64,000 nucleotides of DNA from Zygnema circumcarinatum SAG 698-1b (GCA_037447605.1 CM074811.1:1612001-1676000); one strand, 5' to 3'. Numbered from the stretch's first letter, positions 1 to 13,300 are shown. The notes: generated by a model not told the origin, from the sequence alone. A program made the numbers and translations.

Positions 1-171
1 CAGAGACGGAGGAGGATCTGACGGGCCTCTGCCGCCGCCCCATATCATGGGGGCTTCGGAGAGAGCAGGAAAAGCAAGCAGAGACGAGGCTAATCAATCA
101 GCTCAAGTTTGCATCTGTCTACGTAGAGGACTTGAAGTGCTTAATCGCAGAGCTACCAGTGCTTAGCAGCC

Positions 172-1039
172 ATGGCATCCGGCAGCTTTGTTGAGTGCGC
201 AACAGTGGCGGCTACTGCAGTGTTTCTTCTCTCAGCGTGGGCTGTTCTTCCAGCATCCGCCCAGTTCTTTGGGAGCTCGACCCCTGTTCCCGCCCCTGCT
301 CCTGCCCCAGATGCCCTTTCTCCCTCGACTGAATCCGGCCCGGAATGCAGCGTTCAGCTGTACTACAACTACCGCTCCTGCGCGCCCTACCTCACCACCG
401 GCTCATCTGTGACGACCGGGGGGGCCACCTGCTGCTCGGGCCTGCTATTGGCCAACCAGAGCGGGTGCCTCTGCAGTCTGGGCGAGGGGGGGGACTCTCT
501 CCTTTCATTGGACGAAGTGACGAGTATCGCAACCACGGTGTGTGGCTTCCCCATTGGAAGTCTGTTGCTGCCCGGAAACAGCTCCTGCGATGCGCTAGGT
601 ATGCCTCGGCCCCTTCAAAGAGTGAATTTTCAAGTCTTATGAATTGGATCGGTTTTTTATGCTGCATTTCATCCAGCATTTGCTGCTGCAGTGCACAGGA
701 GTGCGCAGGGATTGTTGTTTTTATCGGCAAATGGGCTTAAAGACGTGCTGGTCAAGAATAAGTCGAACTAAGTTTTTTCGTGCAAATCTGGGGCTTGTGG
801 TGTTGCTTGCAGCTCCGTTCGCAGTGATGCCTGCGCCATGGCCCGTTTCAGAGGATCCTCCTTCTCCTCCTGCTCCAGTCGCCATGGCTCCTCCTCCGAG
901 CCCCGTGGTCGACACGACCCGCGTGGGAGACACCACAGAAGCTTCGAGCGGTGCTCGCCTTTATCTCCCTCTCTGGAAGACGGTTCACTATGTGGCCTAT
1001 ATGGGCATGGCATCTTTTGCCTTCGCTCTAATCTTCTAG
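172..1039 (+). CDS. GPI-anchored non-specific lipid transfer protein (LTPG / xylogen-like AGP-LTP), 2 exons: 172-598 + 813-1039
   Basis: Signal peptide, PAPAPAP AGP-like linker and 8-Cys motif C..C..CC..CLC..C..C. A phase-1 intron (CTAG|GTATGC ... TTGCAG|CT) joins in frame to a Pro/Ser-rich stalk, an RVGDT motif and a hydrophobic C-terminal GPI-type signal ending at TAG 1039. Confidence 0.85.
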
Positions 1040-1726
1040 GATGAGTAATCCATGGGGTTCTTAATGGATTTCGTCCCAGAATATTCGTCTGCTGCCGTGC
1101 CTACCTGCATTGGAGGACATCACATATTCGGCTGGAAATAGGTTTGTTTTAATAGTCGGGTACGAATGTACAGGGTCACTAGTTTTGTGACAGTGCGTTA
1201 TAATGTTTTTACAAGTTTCCGTGGCTTTGAAACTTATAAAAAGAGCTGCTTCTTTCTTCTTCATTCTTGCTGTTGGACGAAATTTGCATTTGATGCATTT
1301 TTCTTTTTCTTCACGAAAAAAATCTTAAATAAGTTGGTTTTCATAATCGTAAGATGCAACGAGCTGCTCACATGTAAAAATAGTCGGCGCGCAATTTACT
1401 GCAAGATGTAAAGTGGAGCGTTGTTTGTGAACCCTCCTTCTTCCAACCGCCCTTTGGGCCGAACACCATTTGCAGTCGCTGGTTCACTTACCAATCGTGC
1501 TAAAAGAGATTGAAAACGAGCCAAAGAAGCCCAAATTAATGATAAAATACCTGCTCAAAAAGCAGCAGAGCCATCTCATCCGGTAAATCTATGTTGCGTA
1601 GCAGCAGCAGAAAATCAATCAATAGCGTGCGAATAAAACTGCCCTGCGCGCCTTAGCTTCCTCAAACCGCAGTAGTGAAGACAGTTACGTTTGCCATACA
1701 TCCTCTGCGGAGAACAAGAGAGACCA

Positions 1727-1782
1727 CAACCCTAAAAACCCTGAAAACAAAATTGTTAACACTAAAAACCCTAAAACTTAAA
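1727..1782. repeat. Degenerate telomere-like / telo-box (AAACCCTA) cluster
   Basis: AACCCTAAAAACCCTGAAAA...AAAAACCCTAAAA. Confidence 0.5.
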
Positions 1783-2914
1783 CGTGAGACAGCGAGAACA
1801 GTCAACCGTTAACAGTGATCCGCATTGTGACCTTGAATTTTCCCTTCACCATGAATGCTTAAAGACCCTACAACACCCTGGAACCCTTCTGTGCGTTGAC
1901 TCCAACCACGTGCCGCGATGCTGCTCACAAGCGCCGGTGCCCGCGACGCTCACCCCTCAGATTTGGAAAAGCGGTTCCCCTTTGAAGGTCGAACAGCAAA
2001 AAAAAACACTCGAATTTCAGATCCTTTTCTTTCCCAGCTCACCGCTCAGCTCCCTCCCCCTAAACTACAACCCTGCATCCGCCCCTGCCTGACACCCCCT
2101 CGATAAAGTCAGCCACATGCGACATCCCTGGTGCTACAGCAGCCTCCTAAAGTGCTCTTCCAATGCCCGCCTTAGTTCACTTTTTTACACCTTCCATATG
2201 CTCTAAATTTCTAGTCTCTGAGCCAAATTAGGGCAAATCTGCAAGTGGGCGCGCCCTCCCATCAGCTCCTCTACCTTTAACCCCTTCATAATATAAAAAT
2301 TCTCTGCGCCATTTTCAAAGGCCGAGGGGGGGGGGAGGGTGGGGGAGGAACAATGTCTATGAAGTGCCCAATATGCGCCCCACAATTGCCTAGAGCCGAC
2401 GGATCTAAAAATCCAACGGTGCGTAGAGCTTCAGTCCACAGTGGGCACGTCGCAGCCGTCCGATGGCCTTTCTGCTTCTATGTCACCCTGGTCCAGTTTA
2501 ACTGCGAAGGTCAGGACCAACAGCGAATCCCCTCAATAGCCCCCATGGAACCTGTTCCGTACGGCCATTCGCATACGACAAAACGATGACGCTTTTCCGG
2601 CGGCCGCCCGCCACCGGGGCCTCCGCCGTGGGGTCACGCGTCACGTCACCTAATGTCATATTACGTCACGTCGCGTCATGTCCCGCATCACCTGTCACGC
2701 GTCCGCTACTTCGAAGGAGGCCGCCGGCGGCGGACTGGTCGGCGGCGGCCCTTAAAGCGCCGCCGCCCTCTGCTCCCTCTGCCTGCCCGCCCTCCCGCCC
2801 TCTCTCTCTCCCTGGATCCCTCCCTCCCTCCTCTCCTCATTTTCTCTTCCCCCTCTCCTTCGCAGCAGTAAAAACTCGTTATCTAGCCCCACGTTTGTTT
2901 CTTCCTTGCCGCCA

Positions 2915-3724
2915 ATGGCAGCTCACCGAGTGCCTCCCCTGGTCCATGCAAAGGCCGCATTCTCACCACTCTGCCGCACGGCAGTGCCCCTGGTTCTCGC
3001 GCTGCTCGCCCTCGGGACTCCCCACGCTTCGGCGCAGTTCCCCAACCCCTTCACCTCCAGTTCCCCCGCCCCCGTCCCTTCTCCCGCTCCTTCTCCCGAC
3101 GAAGCGGCGGCTCCTTTCGCCGGCGCGGAGGCGAACTGCACAGCGCAGATCGAGGCCATGGAGGGCGCGTGCAACGCGTACTTTCAGGGTGACTCCTCAA
3201 ACTCCTCCGCCGTGGGGGCGTGCTGCGCATCCGTGCTGCTCGCCAACCAGTACCGCTGCCTCTGCAACTACGCCACCACGCTCGAGCCGGCTCAAGTCTC
3301 AGCACTCGCCACCCGTCTCTGCGGCGTACAAGCCTCCACTTTAGAGCTGCCTGGAAACGGAACCTGCACTATTGCAGGTACGGGTGGCCCTGCCAGGCAG
3401 CGGTGCTAGTGCGAAGGCGAACACGCCATTGAAAACTTGTTTTTTTGCATGCAGGGATGCTCTGAAATCTGGTTGAACTCTTTCAGAATTCTGTAGAGAC
3501 TGATTCTTAGCTTTCCCTTGTTTCCCGCAGTAGCATCACCATCTTCGTCTCCCTCCGGTCCTGCTCCTTCGCCGCCGTCCCCTTCGATCCCTCCCGGAGA
3601 CACCACGGGACGGGTAGGCGATACGCCCAACAGCGCGGCGCCACGTGGCAGCTCCACAGGCCTGTATCTGCGCGCAATCGCCGGCGTCTTGCTGGTCCAT
3701 GCAGCGAGGAAAGTCTTCAACTAG
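2915..3724 (+). CDS. GPI-anchored nsLTP (LTPG / xylogen-like), tandem paralog, 2 exons: 2915-3377 + 3531-3724
   Basis: Signal peptide (VPLVLALLALG..ASAQ), SPAPVPSPAPSP linker and 8-Cys motif with CC and CLC. It has the same phase-1 intron position as the first gene (GCAG|GTACGG ... CCGCAG|TA), a Pro/Ser stalk, an RVGDT motif and a hydrophobic tail. Confidence 0.85.
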
Positions 3725-4441
3725 TTCTGAACGAGCTCCTGGCGAGCAGATAAACGCTTAGTTTATCGCCGTGGGCCCCATATTTAGCTTGTACTCGAGC
3801 CGGACGGGTCCGCCGTAGAAAATAAGCTCGCTTGTTGAGGGAGGTTGGGCATAGGTTGATATGATTCGTGCAATTTACGTAAGCTGGAGAGATTGAGATT
3901 ATTCTTTGTGAAAAATTACCCAAATCATAATAAATGGCATTCAGCTGTTAGATATGCTGAGCTCCATTCTCTTATGCTTGCTGCTGTTGCTCCCTGTCGG
4001 TGGTCGAAAAGCCATGCCTGCATCTACCCTTCCATCTGAATGGTCAGGTTTTCATGAAAGGGAACGACGATAGCAGCTATTGAAAAAGACGGAGTGGACA
4101 TTGTACGATCACAAGTGAGGACAGAGAGAGTTGACACAAAAAGAAAGATGTGTTATTAACGTGGTGAAGTGTACAATGTCCTAATCTGTTTTATATACAT
4201 TGCGGCTAGAGCTACGCGACAAAAGAGTGTGGAACTAGCCTGAGCAAGGGCGGCCGGGTGTGAAGCACACAGCCGCAAAGGTACAACTAAACTAACAGAA
4301 AGGAACAAGCTAAAAGCACAGCCAGGTGTAAGTACACGTGGCTGGGAAAACGACAAAATAGTACGACAAAACTGAGAATGTCGGATTCTCAACACTCCCT
4401 CTCATTCGAAAGTGTGGAGTCCGGCAGAAGAGCGGTGAAGC

Positions 4442-7400
4442 TCAAAAGCTGGCCGATGTAAGGCCTTGGTAAGAAAATACGTGATGCATGCGGTAGAGAC
4501 ATTCGAAGGGAAGGTAAGTGCAAATACTTCGATACTTGTCGGAGTGAAGTGGAGGCTGTATGCTAAGAATGTGTTTGGTGATTGATGGTGCCTGCCGAGG
4601 GTTTTGCATGAGGGCAAGGGCACCTTGAGAGTCCGTGAAGACGGTGGTAGCGTGAGGGGGAGGAAAGGTGAGGTTGGAGAGGAGGGATCGGAGCCAAACA
4701 GCCTCTTTGGCAGCAGTGGAGGCGGCCATATACTCTGCTTCAGTGGAGGATGTGGCCACTGTAGGCTGCTTCCGAGAGGACCATGAAATAAGGCCACTGC
4801 CCAGAGAAAAACACGAGCCAGTAACCGAACGCCGTGTGTCGGGGTCACTGCCCCAGTCAGAGTCACAATAGCCAACGAGGGTGGGGGAGCCAGAGGAAAA
4901 GGTAAGGCTCAGGGTCTTGGTGCCCTGAAGGTAACGAAGGACACGCTTGGCAGCGCTGAAGTGAGCAGAAGAGGGGCGGTGAAGGTATTGGCTGAGCTGC
5001 CCGACGGCGGCAGCTAGGTCGGGCCGAGTACACAGCATTGCATACATAAGGGATCCCACGATGGATCGGTAAGTGGCATGCTCCGTGGGGTCGGGGGAGC
5101 CAGCCACAAGGGAGGTAAGATGAATGTGGGCGTCCAGGGGGGTGGAGATGGGGTTGCAAGCGGCCATCCCAAATCGGTCAAGGAGATCGGAAACATACTT
5201 TTCCTGACTGAGGTGCAGGGTCCGAGCAGCCCGATCGCGAATGACGTGAATCCCGAGACACCATTGCAGTTCGCCGAGGTCCGTCATGTCAAAATGGCTG
5301 CGAAGGAGCTTTTTGACATCCGAAATGGGGGAAAGGGAGGGACCACAGATAATTAAGTCATCAACGTAAACGGCAAGGATGGGAGGGTCTGACCGTGGCC
5401 ACGAAGATAGATGCTGAAATCGGCGTCGATACGAGTGAAGCCGCTGGCAAGGAGGACAGCATCCAAAGTGCGGTTCCAGACGCGTGGTGCTTGCCGGAGG
5501 CCATAGATGGATTTGTTGAGGCGACAGAAGAGGTGTTCGGTGCCGGGAGTGACATACCCGTCGGGTTGGCGCATAAAAATCGTTTCTTGAAGGTCCCCGT
5601 AGAGGAAGGCGGTTTTGACATCCATCCGTGAATTTCCCACCGTGGAGTGGCGGAGGAGGGCAAGGAGGAGCGAATGAGGTGAATTTGGCCACCGGGCATA
5701 AGTTTCGTGAAGTTTATGCCTTCGAGCCGAGAGAACCCCTTGGCTACAAAACGGGCTTTGTAGCGGTCAACCGAGCCGTCGGATTTTTGTTTGATTTTAA
5801 AGACCCATTTAGAGCCGATGGCGCGACGGCCGGGTGGAAGGGGGACAAGGTCCCACGTGTTGTTTTTTTGAAGGGAGAGGAATTCAGCATCAGCGGCAGC
5901 TTTCCAGAGGGCTGCGTCAGGGGTGCGAAGGGCGGAACCAAAAGTAGGGGGGGCAGACGAGGAGGCGATGAAGGCCATGGCGGAGGAAAGGAGGGCATGG
6001 GCGGCAGTGTCGATAAGTTTCCACGTGGGTCGCCGATCGCGAGTGCCGTGGCGGGGGGCAGGGCCGGGGGGAACCGGAGGGGAGAGTGCCGGAGGGCGGG
6101 GTGGCGGGGAGGCCACGACGGGTGAAGGGGGAGGGGAGTTGGGGAGGCCGGGAGAAGGCGCGAGGGGGGAAAAAGGAGGGGGGGGGGGGTTTGTACGCAG
6201 AGGGGAGGGTTCCGCGTCCGGCTCGGGTGAGGTTGAAAGCTCCCTCTGAACAGGAGGGGTAGGGTCGAGCAGAGAGGACGAGGGGGAGGGGGGGGGAGCG
6301 GGGGGAGGAGGGTCGACGGAGGGGGACGCGGGGGCACCGAAGGGAGGGGAAGAGGGAGCGGCGACCGGGGGGGGGACAAAAGGAATGTCGGCGGCCAATG
6401 GGGGAGCGGCCGCGGGGGGGGGAGGTGAATGATATCCCACGGTCACGTAGGTGGGGGAATCGTACGGCGCAAGATTGGAATTCGACGGGGAGGAAGTCGG
6501 CGGGTGTACGGCAGTGGTCGGTGACGAATGAAGTCGCGCGACGAGAGGAGCCTCATTAAATGCGACCGCCAGCCGAAGCACGATGCGATTTGTCGCGACA
6601 ACACCAAATAACACGACAGCTTTGGACGCGGAGCGCCAGAGCTGCCAAAAATGCCGCTGCACGCCCGCTGTCCCCATTTGCCGACGACCGGACGCAGGAT
6701 CTTTTGTACCGTGCCTCGCAGCCCAAAGATAACACGGAGGTGGGAGACGAGGGCTTGCCGCCCGCCGTGCCCTCAAGGAGTGTCAGAGGCTGGCAGAGGT
6801 GGGAGAAAGGTTCCGAAGGTAAGTGGCCGTGGAGATGGCTTCCGCCCAGAAGGCCATAGGGAGGTCGGCAAAATGGAGCATAGAGCGAGCAATGTCAAGA
6901 ATGGTGCGGTTAAAGCGCTCGACGACTCCATTTTGCTGAGGGGTGTAGGGAGCGGTAGTCTGATGAGTGATACCGTGAAGGCGAAGGTATTTGGAGAAGG
7001 CGTTGGACATAAACTCGCCGCCGTTGTCAATGCGGAGGGTCTTGATGCGGCGGCCGAGAAGGGTCTCTGCATTGGCTTTGAACTCTTGGAAGCGGGAGAA
7101 AACGTCAGACTTGTGAGCGATGGGAAAGACATGGGAAAAGTGAGTCGCTTGGTCAATAAACGTAACAAAATATGATGCGCCACCGAGGCTAACATCGCGC
7201 ATGGGGCCACAGACATCAGAATGAATGAGTGCCAGAGGCTCAGAGACAAGGGTGGAGCTTGAGGGAAAAGGCAATCTGGTCATTTTTCCTTGAATACAGC
7301 CGGAACAAAAAGCTAACTTCTCGGTAGAGAAGGAGTCTGCTTCCAACACTAAGCCCCGCCGAGTTCCGAGGTCGCCAAAGAAGGTGGCCAAACCCGAGAT

Positions 7401-8065
7401 GCCACCGAAAGCAAAGGTGCGGGGGGTCAAGCAGGTGAGCATGTGGGCTGCCTGAGGCCGCGAAAAGAGGTAAGGGAAAAACAAGCGTCGGTTTTGGCGG
7501 CCGGGTGTTCCCCACTACAAAATTCTCCTGGGTGAAGAAAGTGACCTATCCGCCTAAAAAAGGGTCGAATGCCTAGGATGAGGATGGAGGCTAACAAAAT
7601 GAGATTCTTCGGGCGAGGCTATCCACTGTAGACGTCGGCGATGAAGCGCCGCCGTCAATTAGAGTGGAACTCAATGCATTACGCGCGGGCGCTAAGGAGC
7701 CGCCGTCCCCAAGAAATGGTCATGGGGAGAGGGAGGGGAGAGAGCCGAGAGAACCAGTCACGACGAAAAGTTAGATGATGGGAGGCACCCGAGTCAATAA
7801 GCCAAGTGGAGTCAGGGAGAGAAGGGTCATACCCAAAAGGGTCCGCGGCCAGAAAGGCGTGACCGAACTCGGGAGCACCATAGACGACACCCGGGGTGGG
7901 AGGCGGGCCGGCCGGGGGGGGGAAGCCGGGGTGAAGAGAGGGGTGTACGGCGGGCGGCGGCGGCGGGACCAAGGGAGCGGAAGGGAACGCGAGGGAGGGT
8001 GCCGCCGCAGCCGACGACAAAGTTCGGGGACCGTAATCGGCAGGGGCTAAATCGGAGGGCGTCAT
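4442..8065 (-). pseudogene. pol: Copia Pol: protease, integrase, RT and RNase H in several frames
   Basis: WLIDSGASHH (protease); IHSDVCGP..DNGGEF..QNGVVERFNRT (integrase); KARFVAKGF and YVDD (RT); YCDSDW..EAEY..TDSQ (RNase H). Confidence 0.9.
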
Positions 8066-8122
8066 GAGTTTTACGCGCCGGGCAGAGGTATCGGGACGGA
8101 GCGCGGCAAGTAAAGTCGGGCG

Positions 8123-8860
8123 CTACCTCTTTTGGCCGAGCGGACAAATTGTCCTTACGTATTCAAATACCTTGCAATATCGACAAAAAAGGCCGCCAGG
8201 AGATTTGGACGGTGGAGGACCAGAGCCGAAGAGCGCGGACGCGTGGGAGGATCTGGAGGGGGTGGAATCTTTTTCCTCCTCGTTCAAAAGAAGGTCGGTC
8301 AGATCAGCGACGGTTAGTGAGATCGAGGCAGCATCAATGGACGAGATGAAAGACCGGAAAGAGTCGGGCAGACCGCCCAAGAGATTACAGATGATCTCGT
8401 CATCATGAACTATGCAATCAATGCTGCGAAGCCGTCTAGCAAAAGATTTGACTCGGTCAGTATAAGTCAGCATGGTTTCAGAAGATTCCTTTACGCAGTT
8501 AGTGAAGGCGCGCCGTAAGCGGAGCTTGTGAGACCACTTCCGAGGTTCGTACGCATTGGTCAGAAGAGTCCAAGCGTCGTGGGAGGAGGTGGCATCACGG
8601 ATGTGCCCGATTAAACTGCGTTGAATGCCGAGCGTGATACGGACAAACGCCTTCTTGTCGCGTTTTGTCCAATCAGCGATCTCCTTCGTGCGTGCAGCCA
8701 AGGCGGCCGCGTCGACGGTGGAGGCAAGTGGCAAAGGACAGATCTCTGAACCAATAACGACAGACCACAGATTCTCTTCCTCAAAAAGCTGCTGGCACTG
8801 AAACTTCCAGTCGTGCCAGTTTGTCCCATCAAATTTTTCAAGCGCATTTGAGGCATGAGT
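8123..8860 (-). pseudogene. gag: Copia Gag (UBN2-type) with degenerate zinc knuckle
   Basis: FDGTNWHDWKFQ..., WTKRDKKAFVRITLGI; knuckle CRYCKVFEYVRTIC (His replaced by Tyr). Confidence 0.85.
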
Positions 8861-9528
8861 GGGCCCATAACCTATTGAAAAAGACGGAGTGGACATTGTA
8901 CGATCACAAGTGAGGACAGAGAGAGTTGACACAAAAAGAAAGATGTGTTATTAACGTGGTGAAGTGTACAATGTCCTAATCTGTTTTATATACATTGCGG
9001 CTAGAGCTACGCGACAAAAGAGTGTGGAACTAGCCTGAGCAAGGGCGGTCGGGTGTGAAGCACACAGCCGCAAAGGTACAACTAAACTAACAGAAAAGTA
9101 CAAGCTAAAAGCACAGCCAGGTGTAAGTACACGTGGCTGGGAAAACGACAAAATAGTACGACAAAACTGAGAATGTCGGATTCTCAACAGCAGCATCCTC
9201 AACCCCATTCCAAAGATGTTCCAATTCAAATGTAGGTCCTCATGAGATCTTATGAATGTCAAGAAAGCTCAACATCTAGAGTTCCATAAACTCTTAACAA
9301 AACAGAGTGTTGCAAACAATTGCGCCTGCCTGGCTGGCCAGCCGATGGCTGCCATTAGGCCATGCCGTCCTTTCCCCAGCGACCCATTCATTCGTGTCCA
9401 TGGCGAACGGCGCTGCCATCGCTCAACCAGCGCCTCCTGGCGCGCATGCCAACCGTTGGCGCATGCTTGGGAGAAAACTGGGCCGAACGACTTTAGACTA
9501 GCGACGGTACCGCAGGGAAAATATCCAC

Positions 9529-9660
9529 ACGATACATACGATACACTACGATACGCTATTGCAATACGATACGATACGATATTATATTAAAGCCGCACCT
9601 CCCGCGACCGGCCCCGGTAAGAGCACCCGTGACCGAATCCAACGGACGAAAACGTGCCAC
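9529..9660 (-). repeat. (ACGAT)n microsatellite abutting a GC-rich segment; possible 3' tail of a non-LTR element or SINE
   Basis: Imperfect ACGAT/TACGA repeats at 9529-9580 followed by ATTATATTAAAGCCGCACCTCCCGCG... Confidence 0.4.
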
Positions 9661-10393
9661 GTAAATGCAACTTTATGCCAGCGTGGCAGTTTTTTGTCGC
9701 TAGTGCCGACCTGTCGTTCCTCCATGTGTTCCAGTTAGAAGTAATTTGATTCGACATGGAGCGCGCCAACGTAACGGTAACTGTGCGCATAGAATGGGCA
9801 CCTTAGAGTCCCTGGCTATGGCTTCCCTTCCGCCAGAGAGCGTTCGAGGGAAGGAAGCTCTCGCGTCTGCCTAATGGCGGGCGAGGGCGCTTCAGTGCGT
9901 GCTTTCTGAGATAATTTGAGTCTGGTATGTCTGCCGCTTGCTTGATTTTTTAATGAGTGGAACGGTTTCACTTCTGCAGGCCGTGAGCTTTCCGAAAATG
10001 CGGCGTATCTGTTGAGGATAAAAGTCTTTTTTTGGTTTCAGGCCGTCGTTTTTTCTCAGAGTGTTTGTTTATCCATCTATTCCTGCAGGCAAGGGCATTC
10101 TGGACATGTCTGCTTGCTGTTGCAGACTGTTGTGAGGCAAATTTCGGCGTTCTTCACGCCTTTCGGATGTCTCCTGCTTAGGGATGCTACTGCTGTTTGC
10201 TATGGGATACATGTGGTTTCTGGAATAGGAGGAAGTAGCTGCAGGTGCAGTGTATGTTCATGATTCGCACCTTTGTCTGCTTAAGCAATTCTCAGAGAGA
10301 ATTGACAGAGTTTATTTTGCGCTCCTTGAGCAGGTTTTGGAAGGCTGCATTTCTCATCTCCCATAGGCGAGACTTGAGAGTGCAACCCCCCCT

Positions 10394-13300
10394 ATGGCTG
10401 CGGCTTCTTCTCCTGCGATGCAGGCTCCACCCGGCTTTCCCGCAGTGCCGAGGCTGGGACCTGCAAGTGAACTCAGCGGAAAGGAGTCGAGTGCTCCCTC
10501 AGCGTCAGCGGCGGAGATAAAGGATGAAGTGGTGGACGAAACCAGAGACTTTCCATCAACTCCGCCTCCTGATGCAGGTGGCGAATTGCAGCTTGTGGCA
10601 GGTCAAGAGCAGGTGCGTAAAATGTGTGCTTTACAAACTGCCGCAGGCTTTGTCTTTTTGAGCAATGGAAGGAACTGAAGGAGAAGCCTAACGGTTGCAC
10701 TGAAAGAGCGCATGTTTGGAAGGACACAGTGATGGTGGACCATCTGCAAAGGCTTGGACGTGGTTGCACAACCCTCTTTGCATCCCTTATCTTTGCTTTT
10801 TAATTCTCGTTCACCATCGTGCAGAGACAAATGCAAAGTTTATGGTTATTTTGGGCAGGTTTTTTTTTTCTGTCTTGTTTTATTTGCTGAATTGACACAC
10901 GTCCATTCTTCAGTGTATAGATTTTTTTGTGTCGTTAACCAAACCATGTCGCTGCATTTACTTGCTGTCAGAATTGAAGCAGCTTCATCATCGGTAGTCT
11001 AAGGTGCAATTGCTTAATTTGCCTCGTGCAGCCGTCGTCCTCCGATTCTATCAAGGAAAGGCCACGCTCAAGGCCTCAGACTCCACCCCTTCCAACAGAA
11101 CTGCTTAATCGTGGAATGCGACGCCTTTTGAGAGGTAGTGCAGATGAGGTACGGCCTCCAGCACCCACTGCGCGCACTGCCAGAGGACCAGATGGCACTA
11201 GAGGCTTTAAGTACGGGCGAGGCAAGCCCTTGCCAGCCGCGTGTGGAGAAGAGTTTCCTCCCATGGGGCAAGCCTCAGGCACTCCTGCATCTGCAGCGGT
11301 AGACAGGTTGAAGGACCTAGTTGCAGCGAAAGTAGTGACATCAGCGAGCTCGAAAGCAGACTTGGAGAAAATGAAGAGGGGAATGAAGGAGCTGGAGCAA
11401 AAATCTCATGGTCTAAACAGAGAACATGAAAGCTCGCCCAGCTTGGATGAAAATGGTGATGGCACAGAACGCAGAGACAAGGATTTGGTTGTGGAGGACT
11501 TGCGGGAAAAGCTTGGGGAAGCCAAGTCAGAGATTGCAAAGTTGCAACATGAGCTCTTCGAGGCAAAGTTTGATGTGAATAGGCTTCGAAGCGAGGTGGA
11601 AGATAGGCAGACGGACATTACGCCGCGTGGAATGGAGGCAAGGGAGGCAATAATCTCGGACACTACCAGACTTCAGGAGGAACTCACAGATGCTAAGACT
11701 GAGATTGGCAGGTTACAGCATGAACTTTTTGAAGCTAAGTTTGAAGCCGAACGATTCAAAAATGAGAGAGAGGAGTTGCATGGGCGAAGGTTGGAACTGA
11801 AGCAACTGAATGGGGCAGATCTTGCGGGCAAGGAGTCGCGACAGGAACTGCAAGGGTTGAATTCAGACGTAGGGGCACGAGTAGGGCAGCCAACTGAGCA
11901 AGAGCTGGAGATACTGCGCCTTCGAAACAACATTGCCAATTTTGCAGTCCAAGTAGAGCATCTCAAAAGCAACCTTTCCCAGGCTGAAAAGGCAGTGGGA
12001 CACCTGTCTGCTGAAAACATGCAGCTAAAAGTGGAGGCAGACAAGAGGAGCCACTTTGTGGCTAATCAGGAGATTCAGACAGTGAGCGAGGATCTCCATA
12101 AGAAGGTTGCTGAAGCTGAAGCCGAAGTGCAAAGGATGAAAGATCAGTTAGTAAAGGCGAGGGACGACATTGGAGTCAGAAACCGCCATGTGGGTATTCG
12201 GAAGAGTCTGTCGAGTAGGCCAGAGGAAAGCCGAGAGTCAGAAGGTGGCGGTGGCATGCAACAGGACATGGTTAACGTTTTAGGGCTAGCTGGCTCAGGA
12301 GTGAGTTCACATGTTGAAGACACAGTGGGGTCGGATACGGAAGTCGTGGAAAGAATAGCTACAAATGTTGCCGAGCTAGGCCTAGAGGAACAAGAAGGAT
12401 CAGCAATTAGGCTGGAAAATCTTGGTCCTCTCAATAGAGAACAGCTTGACAGAGACAGTCAAAAGATAAAGGAGCTAGAGTTGAGAGTTCAGCAAGCTGA
12501 AGGAGTGGCAAACTTGCTGATGCGGGAGCTTCAAGAAGCTCGCAATGCCGCTGCTGCATACTCACAGAATGTGCATGAACTGCAAGTGCAGCTGTGGAGC
12601 AGTGGGGCTGTTAACTTGCGCTCTCAAGACAAGGCTCGATTTGGCCCACCAGGAGGTAGTCAACCACCTACCACCCAGGTGCCGATCAATGCAAGCCATG
12701 CTCCACGACTTGCTGAGGGTCATCAACATCCTCCAAACCACCATCATCTCCACCCGCTTGCTCATCAGCACCAACTTTGGATGCAGCAGCAGCGCCCGTT
12801 TCAGTCCCAATATGCCCTTGGTCATGGGCCACCAGGCCCTCCACCATACAGCGGTCCGATGGGGCCTATTCCTGGCTTGCAAGGCTCCATTGGGATGGCC
12901 CCGAGTGCCCCCCCCTACCCTGCACCTCACGGGTATCCCTCGGGAGGAGGGGATGGCCTCCCCCCTCCACCACCTGGTGTGGCCGGCCCTCCCCGGAGCA
13001 TGCTCGGCCCTTCAATCCCAAGGGGCATTACAGCTTTAGCTTTCCGCTCCCCTCCTCCGTCTCCTCTATTTGGAGACAGGTCATCGCAAGCCTATGCTCC
13101 ATCAGCTCCCCCTCTTCCGGTGGGCCATCCTGCAACCTCCTTTGCGCCTCCTGCTCCCCTAGAGCATCTCATGCCTGGGCCTCCTCCCACCTATGGTCCT
13201 CCTTCGCAGCTACCACCACCTGCTGTGAGCAGCAGCCAACCCTCTGCTCCGCCCCATCCTCAACTGCAATACACAGGTCCCCGTCACAGTGGTCAGGAAT

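Larger units (their letters stand above)
4078..9189 (-). mobile_element. Ty1/Copia LTR retrotransposon, structurally complete, coding region frameshifted
   Basis: 317-bp LTRs at 4078-4394 and 8873-9189 (3 mismatches seen), 5-bp TSD GCAGC (4073-4077, 9190-9194), PBS GGTTATGGGCCCA (8860-8872) and PPT AGAGGGAG (4395-4402). Domain order is gag-PR-IN-RT-RH. Confidence 0.95.

Noticed and set aside
2586-3344. 252-aa ORF overlapping LTPG gene 2
   Set aside because: Alternative-frame read-through of a GC-rich promoter and exon; the spliced LTP frame is far better supported.
4156-4395. Small ORFs in LTRs (also 8951-9262) and the many 60-150-aa GC-rich ORFs
   Set aside because: No recognisable motifs; they overlap LTRs or the opposite strand of real coding regions.
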